A DNA stretch of 64,000 bases from an uncultured Chloroflexia bacterium (GTDB lineage Bacteria > Chloroflexota > Limnocylindria > QHBO01), in the NCBI GenBank assembly GCA_963825525.1, contig CAWGTN010000002.1, forward strand, positions 1,728,001-1,792,000. The letters are read 5' to 3'. How positions within the stretch are numbered: the stretch's first letter is position 1; each line of letters starts with the position of its first letter. Shown here one piece after another: positions 58,432-64,000 of this stretch. The position numbers and the translations under genes are program-made. The notes below the pieces were generated by a model. That model was given only the letters and a program-made list of their open reading frames with translations, did no database searches and was not told the origin of the DNA.

Positions 58432-61400
58432 TCAGTGCTCGGTCAGCGCCTCTCGAACGATCCGCTCCTGCTCGGCGACGTGTTCGGCCGGGTAGCCCTC
58501 GGCCGGCCGAGATCGCTCGGGGCGCGAGATGTCGCCGAGAGGAATCCGATACGGGACGAGGTGGCGGATCTTCGGCAGCACGAACTTGCGCGCTCCCATG
58601 TTGCGAGGCTCTTCCTGGACCCAGGCATAGGACTCGATGTTGGGATATCGGTCGAGGACGGCCTGGAGCTCGTCTGCGGGGAAGGGGTACAGCCGCTCGA
58701 CCCGGACGATGGCGACGTCGCCCGCGCGCTCCAGCTCGGGCGCGGCGGCCAGGTCGTAGTAGATCTTTCCGCTGCACAGGAGGACCCGACGCACCTCGGC
58801 CGCGGCCTTGGCCTCCGTGAATCGAGGATCGTCGAGAACCGCCGAGAAGCCTCCGCTCGATAGCTCCGACCCGCGGGACGCCGCCTGGGGCAGTCGCAGG
58901 AGCGACTTCGGGGTCATGACCACGAGCGGGCGGGCCTCGCGGTGGCGCGCCTGCCGCCGCAGGAGGTGAAAGTACTGGGCCGGCGTGGTCGGGTAGACGA
59001 CCCGGATGTTGCCCTCGGCGCCCAGCGCCAGGAAGCGTTCCAAACGTGCCGAGGAGTGCTCCGGTCCGGATCCCTCGTACCCATGCGGCAGCAGCAGCGT
59101 CAGGCGTGAGGTCAGCCGCCACTTCGCCAGGCCGGACACCAGGAACTGGTCGATGATGATCTCGGCGCCGTTCACGAAGTCGCCGTACTGCGCCTCCCAC
59201 AGCACGAGGGCATCGGGCGCCGTGACCGCGTAGCCGTATTCGAACCCGAGGGCCGCGTACTCCGACAGGGGTGAGTTGTGGAGCTCGAACGAGGCCTTCG
59301 CGCCGGCCAGGTGCTGGAGCGGCACGTGACGCAGGCCGGTCGTTGCGTCCCACAGCCCGGCGTGACGCTGGCTGAACGTGCCGCGCACCGTGTCCTGGCC
59401 GGTCAAGCGGATCGGGGTCCCCTCGAGCAGCAGCGATCCAAAGGCGAGAAGCTCGGCATGAGCCCAATCGACCTTCGGTTCGTCATCGTCGAAGGCAACG
59501 GCCCGACGCTGGAGTGGCTTGGCGAGCTTCGGATGGATCGTGAACTCGTCCGGCACGCTCGAAAGGGCAGCATTCAGGTCCCGCAGCCGAGCGGCACTCA
59601 CCGCGGTCTTGGGCTCGGTCACCTTGCCCTGGGGGATGGCCTCGGAGCCGCGGTCGAGCTCGCCTTCGCCTTCGCTCTCGTCCGACCCGTCACGCAGGGA
59701 CGCCTGGCGACCTGCCAGATCGCGATGCGCTTCCTTGATCTTCGCCTCGGCATCGGCGGCGGTGATCGCCCCGGCCTCGATGAGGTGGGTCTGGTAGCGC
59801 TCGCGGACTGACGGGTGATGCGTGATCTCGGCGTACATGGCGGGCTGCGAGTAGGCCGGCTCATCACCCTCGTTATGGCCATAGCGCCGATAGCCGACGA
59901 GATCGATCACCACGTCGTGGGCAAAGGCCTTGCGGTACATCATTGCGAGTCGCGCGGCGGCCAGGCAGGCCTCCGGATCGTCGGCGTTGACATGGATGAT
60001 CGGCGCGTCGAAGCCCTTGGCCAGGTCCGAGCTGTAGTCGGTGGAACGTGCCTCCCGCGGGCCGGTGGTGAAGCCGACCTGGTTGTTGGCGATGATGTGG
60101 ACGGTCCCGCCAGTCGAGTAGCCGTCGAGCCGCGCCATGTTGAAGGTCTCGGCCACGACGCCCTGCGCGGCGAACGCCGCGTCGCCGTGGATCAGGAGCG
60201 GGAGCGTCCCGGCCGGATCGGTGGTGGCGATGGGACCGCTGCGATCCGTCTGCTCCGCGCGAGTCCGGCCCTCGATGACCGGATCGACAGCCTCGAGATG
60301 GCTCGGGTTGGGCGAGAGCACGACCCGGACCTCCTCGTCCTCGGCGGTCAGGTACCCGCCCTCCGCGCCGAGGTGGTACTTCACATCGTCCAGCCCGCCC
60401 TTGGGAGCGGTGGCCGCGTTACCCCCTGTTCGGCCGGCCTCGAACTCGGCAAGGATCGCCTCGTACGAGACGCCCACGACATGTGCGAGGACGTTGAGGC
60501 GGCCGCGATGCGCCATGCCGATCATGACCTTGCGCGCTCCCTGGTCAGCGGCGTCGCCGAGGATCACGTCGAGCATCGGCACCATGGCGTCCAGGCCCTC
60601 GATGCTGAATCGCTTCTGTCCCAGGTAGGCCTTGTGCAGGAACCGCTCGAGCGTCTCGACGCTGACCAGGCGCTCCAGGAGCGCGACCTGGTCTTCGGCC
60701 TCGAGCGGCAGCCGATGCTCACCCGATTCGATCACGTGCCGGAGCCACACGCGCTCCTCGTGGGAGCCGATGTGCTCGACCTCGTAGGCGATGGTGCCGG
60801 TATAGGTCTCCTTGAGGTGCGGCAGGGCTTCGGCCAGGGTGGCGCCGGGGACGTAGATGCGCATGAGCTCCGCCGGGACGCTGGCCATGTTCTCGTCGGT
60901 CAGGCCCAACGGCGCCGGGTCGAGTGCCGGGTCGTTCGCCGGCTCGGCACCCAGCGGATCGAGGCGGGCGGCCATGTGGCCGAAGTGACGGTAGGCCTTG
61001 ACCAGGGCCATGCCCGCGGCGACCGCCTTGAGATGCTCGTACTCGTTGCCGCCGGATGCGGTGATCGGGGCCGTGACGGCCGGTGCGCCGGCCGCCTCGG
61101 CGGCGGAAGGCATCGGCTCGTCCGTCGTGACGTCCGCCGCTCGCGCGCCCATGCCACCGAAGATGTCGGCGTAGAAGCCGTCGTTGCCGGAGAGCAGCCC
61201 GTCCATGTGGCGCAGAAACATCCCGGACTCGGCGCCCTGGATGATGCGGTGGTCATAGGTGGAGGAGATGGTCATGCGGCGGTCGCCACCAACCGACTGG
61301 ATGGTGCCGGTGGCCACGATCGTGCCCTGGTTCGGCATCAGCCGCGGGACGCTGGCCGTCGTCCCGAGCGTGCCCGGGTTGGTGAGGGTCACGGTGGCGC

Positions 61401-62079
61401 CGGCGAAGTCATCGGGCGACAGCTTGTTGGTCCGCGCCTTCTCCACGATCTCCTCGTAGCGAGCGTGGAACGCGGCGAAGTCCATCTCGTCGGCAGCCCG
61501 GATGACGGGGACAACCAGGAAGCGCGATCCGTCGCGACGCTCGACGTCGACGGCCAGGCCCAGGTTGATGGTGCCCGGGTCGACGCGGTAGGCCTGGTCC
61601 TCGATCTCCGTGTAGTAGTGGCTCATGGACCGCATCTCGGCAGCGCTGCGCACGATTGCCCAGCCGATGAGGTGAGTGAAGCTCACCTTGCGTGGGGCGA
61701 TCTGGCCGTTCAGCTCTTTCCGGCGCGCCTCCAGCGTCGCGACGTCGACGTCACGGAAGCTCGTCGCGGTCGGGACGCCCAGGCTGGCCACCATGTTCTG
61801 CGCGAGCCGGGCGGCTGGTCCCTTGATCGGCGTTGCGCCGGCGGGGATGGGGGAGCGGTCGGCGCCTTCCTCGTCGGCGGCCGTGCCGTTCGTCGGCGGC
61901 GGCGGAGCGGCGACTGGCTCGAACCCGCCGGCTCCTGAGTCGAACAGCACCCGCCAGTCGGGATCGACGCTGGTCGGGTCGCTTCGATACCGCTCGTACA
62001 GGTCGGCAACGTACCCGGCGTTGACGAGGTTCAGCTCGTCGAGCGCCTCGGCGCCGGTCGTCGATTCGGGGTCGGACAT
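58432..62079 (-). CDS. kgd: Multifunctional 2-oxoglutarate decarboxylase/dehydrogenase (E2-like + E1)
   Basis: TNPG..GT, YDHRIIQGAESG, GMAHRGRLN, HGDAAF..QG, WEAQYGDF, GPEHSSAR. Confidence 0.95.
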   Translation of the reverse strand: MSDPESTTGAEALDELNLVNAGYVADLYERYRSDPTSVDPDWRVLFDSGAGGFEPVAAPPPPTNGTAADEEGADRSPIPAGATPIKGPAARLAQNMVASLGVPTATSFRDVDVATLEARRKELNGQIAPRKVSFTHLIGWAIVRSAAEMRSMSHYYTEIEDQAYRVDPGTINLGLAVDVERRDGSRFLVVPVIRAADEMDFAAFHARYEEIVEKARTNKLSPDDFAGATVTLTNPGTLGTTASVPRLMPNQGTIVATGTIQSVGGDRRMTISSTYDHRIIQGAESGMFLRHMDGLLSGNDGFYADIFGGMGARAADVTTDEPMPSAAEAAGAPAVTAPITASGGNEYEHLKAVAAGMALVKAYRHFGHMAARLDPLGAEPANDPALDPAPLGLTDENMASVPAELMRIYVPGATLAEALPHLKETYTGTIAYEVEHIGSHEERVWLRHVIESGEHRLPLEAEDQVALLERLVSVETLERFLHKAYLGQKRFSIEGLDAMVPMLDVILGDAADQGARKVMIGMAHRGRLNVLAHVVGVSYEAILAEFEAGRTGGNAATAPKGGLDDVKYHLGAEGGYLTAEDEEVRVVLSPNPSHLEAVDPVIEGRTRAEQTDRSGPIATTDPAGTLPLLIHGDAAFAAQGVVAETFNMARLDGYSTGGTVHIIANNQVGFTTGPREARSTDYSSDLAKGFDAPIIHVNADDPEACLAAARLAMMYRKAFAHDVVIDLVGYRRYGHNEGDEPAYSQPAMYAEITHHPSVRERYQTHLIEAGAITAADAEAKIKEAHRDLAGRQASLRDGSDESEGEGELDRGSEAIPQGKVTEPKTAVSAARLRDLNAALSSVPDEFTIHPKLAKPLQRRAVAFDDDEPKVDWAHAELLAFGSLLLEGTPIRLTGQDTVRGTFSQRHAGLWDATTGLRHVPLQHLAGAKASFELHNSPLSEYAALGFEYGYAVTAPDALVLWEAQYGDFVNGAEIIIDQFLVSGLAKWRLTSRLTLLLPHGYEGSGPEHSSARLERFLALGAEGNIRVVYPTTPAQYFHLLRRQARHREARPLVVMTPKSLLRLPQAASRGSELSSGGFSAVLDDPRFTEAKAAAEVRRVLLCSGKIYYDLAAAPELERAGDVAIVRVERLYPFPADELQAVLDRYPNIESYAWVQEEPRNMGARKFVLPKIRHLVPYRIPLGDISRPERSRPAEGYPAEHVAEQERIVREALTEH

Positions 62080-62233
62080 CTCAGGGTCAAGGATACGGCG
62101 CCGCGTCGGTCGCTGCCTTCCAGCGCCGATATTTCCTCTGCGAGCGCGCCCGTACCCCGCTTCGGGCGCTGATCGGCCCATATTTCGGATGGGTGCGTGC
62201 TCGGAGGGCGCCGATCGAGGTTCGTGCCTGACC

Positions 62234-62798
62234 TCAGCCCTGTCGACGCTCGAACATGCCGCGAACCAGGACGACGAGCCCGATCCCGATGATGCCCGCA
62301 GGCAGTAGCCACTCGGCGAATGCCAGGCGCTCGCCGCCGATGCCGATCAGCCCCTCGAAGAACAGAAAGCCGACCCCGAACAGCGCGAGTCCGCCCAGCA
62401 GGCCCCAGGTTCCGTTTCGCAGGTCCGACGCGTTCCCGGACCGCATTCCCCACAGCGCCAAACCGAGGCCACTGGCCGCGGGGCCAACCAACGCCCAGGC
62501 GTAGGCCCACGTCTCCCATCGACCGGTCCGATCCTGGTACAGCAGCACGAGGCCCACGGTCGTGACGACGGTGCCGGACACGATGATGCCCCGATCGCCG
62601 CCGACAATGCCGAGCACGAGCATCACTGCGCCGATCGCGATGACCAGGAACGGCCAACCCACATCCTCGATGCCGATACCAAGCATCTGCCCCGCAAGCA
62701 GCGCTGCGCCACCCAACACCAGGACGAGCCCGACGGCAATCGTCGATGGGGTCTGGGCCCGGCGCCGATCGGATCGGGCGTGTTGGGTCGTCAGTCAC
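62234..62798 (-). CDS. Membrane protein (LiaF/LiaI-like); +1 frameshift just after the start (probable sequencing error)
   Basis: TAGCAT -10 6 nt before GTG 62798; removing one base at 62785-62787 gives MTDDQHARSDRRRAQTPSTIAVGLVLV in frame with the TM ORF (WP..VIAIG, W..W.YAW.L). Confidence 0.7.
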
Positions 62799-62836
62799 GG
62801 CCCGATGCTACCGCCCGCGCCCCGCGCGCCGCTAGC

Positions 62837-63604
62837 ATGTCGGACGTGGACCTCAACGCAGACCTTGGCGAGAGCTTCGGACGCTGGGTGCTCGGCGATG
62901 ACGAGCGACTGGTCGAGCACATCACGAGTGCCAACGTCGCCTGTGGCTTCCATGCCGGCGACCATGCGGTGATGGAGAGGACCGTGGCGCTGTGCCGGGG
63001 CGCTGGCGTTGCCGTCGGTGCGCAGCCGGGGTACCCGGACCTCGCCGGGTTCGGCCGTCGTCCGATGCCGCTGGCACTCGACGAGGTCGAGTCCCTGGTG
63101 CGGTACCAGATCGGCGCGCTCGAGGCCTTCTGCCGCGCACAGGGCGTCGAGATGCAGCACGTGAAGCCGCACGGCGCCCTCTACAACAGCGCGGCCGCCG
63201 ATCCGGCGCTGGCCGCGGCAATCGCGCGAGCCACCGCAAGATTCAGCACCGACCTCTCGCTGTTCGGGCTGGCGTCGTCCGGGCCGATGGCCGAGGCGGC
63301 CGCCGACCACGGGCTGCGCTTCGTGCCCGAGGCGTTCGCCGATCGTCGCTACCTGCGGGACGGCTCGCTCCAGCCGCGGAGCGTCCCCGGCTCGGTGATC
63401 GGCGATCCCGCACAGGCTGCCGCCCAGGCGCGCTCGATCGCCGTCCATGGCGGCGTGGATTCGGACGACGGCACCCGCGTGGCGGTATCGGCGCAGAGCA
63501 TCTGCTGCCATGGCGATACGCCGGGAGCGGTCGAGATCGCATCGGCCGTGCGTCGGTCGCTCGAGGAGGCTGGCATCACTGTTGCGGCGCCCGAGCGCCC
63601 GTGA
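62837..63604 (+). CDS. pxpA: 5-oxoprolinase subunit A (LamB/YcsF)
   Basis: DLNADLGESFG, ANVACGFHAGD, HVKPHGALYN, EAFADR.Y, HGD. Confidence 0.95.
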   Translation: MSDVDLNADLGESFGRWVLGDDERLVEHITSANVACGFHAGDHAVMERTVALCRGAGVAVGAQPGYPDLAGFGRRPMPLALDEVESLVRYQIGALEAFCRAQGVEMQHVKPHGALYNSAAADPALAAAIARATARFSTDLSLFGLASSGPMAEAAADHGLRFVPEAFADRRYLRDGSLQPRSVPGSVIGDPAQAAAQARSIAVHGGVDSDDGTRVAVSAQSICCHGDTPGAVEIASAVRRSLEEAGITVAAPERP

Positions 63605-64000
63605 TCCGGTCGTTTGGGGAAGCGGCCCTGCTCGTGGAGCTGGACGGGCCGGAGCTCGCCCAGTCCCTCGCCGCGTCCCTGCGCGCGGACCCACCGCCGG
63701 CGATGCGCGAAGCCATCCCGGGCCTCTCGTCCGTGCTGGTGGAGCTGGACCCGCTCAGTGGGGACGCGGACGTCATGGCGGTTGCCCTGGAGGCTCGCCT
63801 CGCCGGCATCCGCCCACTCGACGTCGAGGGCCGGCTCCACCGCATACCGGTGACCTACAACGGTCCGGACCTGGACGAGGTCGCTGAGCTGAGCGGCATG
63901 TCGCGAGACGAGGTGGTGTCCGCTCACACCTCGGTGGTGCTCCGCGTCCTGTTCTGCGGCTTCGCTCCCGGGTTCGCCTACCTGGGCGACCTCCCGGATC
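63601..64000 (+). CDS. pxpB: 5-oxoprolinase subunit B, 3' truncated
   Basis: GE.ALLVE, IPV.Y.GPDL..VA, GFAPGFAYLG; GTGA overlap with pxpA. Confidence 0.9.
   Translation, partial: MIRSFGEAALLVELDGPELAQSLAASLRADPPPAMREAIPGLSSVLVELDPLSGDADVMAVALEARLAGIRPLDVEGRLHRIPVTYNGPDLDEVAELSGMSRDEVVSAHTSVVLRVLFCGFAPGFAYLGDLPD

Overview
A very GC-rich, gene-dense bacterial chromosomal window with about 65 CDS. Gene content (kgd, the CysO-type cysteine pathway, pervasive leaderless promoters) suggests Chloroflexota or Actinomycetota; this is inference. Most genes are housekeeping: sulfur amino-acid metabolism (moeB/moeZ-cysO-cysM-mec, a CBS-like enzyme, metB), TCA (gltA, mdh, kgd), threonine synthesis (aspartokinase, thrB, thrC), gltX, upp, lgt, mutY, tag, mgtE and pxpAB. 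I saw no tRNA, rRNA, CRISPR array or mobile element. Best candidates for novelty: (1) a DnaA-box cluster followed by a sigma70-type promoter whose predicted start site opens a ~66-nt hairpin, a candidate small RNA (24342-24515); (2) a signalling island with a cyclase-REC-LuxR fusion carrying Glu/Arg specificity residues, a 5xGAF/2xPAS kinase, a cupredoxin and an unannotated 58-aa protein (49.6-57.3 kb); (3) a divergent enolase paralogue coupled to a histidine phosphatase; (4) a Glu-His-Ser subtilase with CWB2 repeats behind a perfect 10-bp tandem repeat. Three single-base frameshifts look like sequencing errors. All calls come from reading motifs by eye; no database searches were run.
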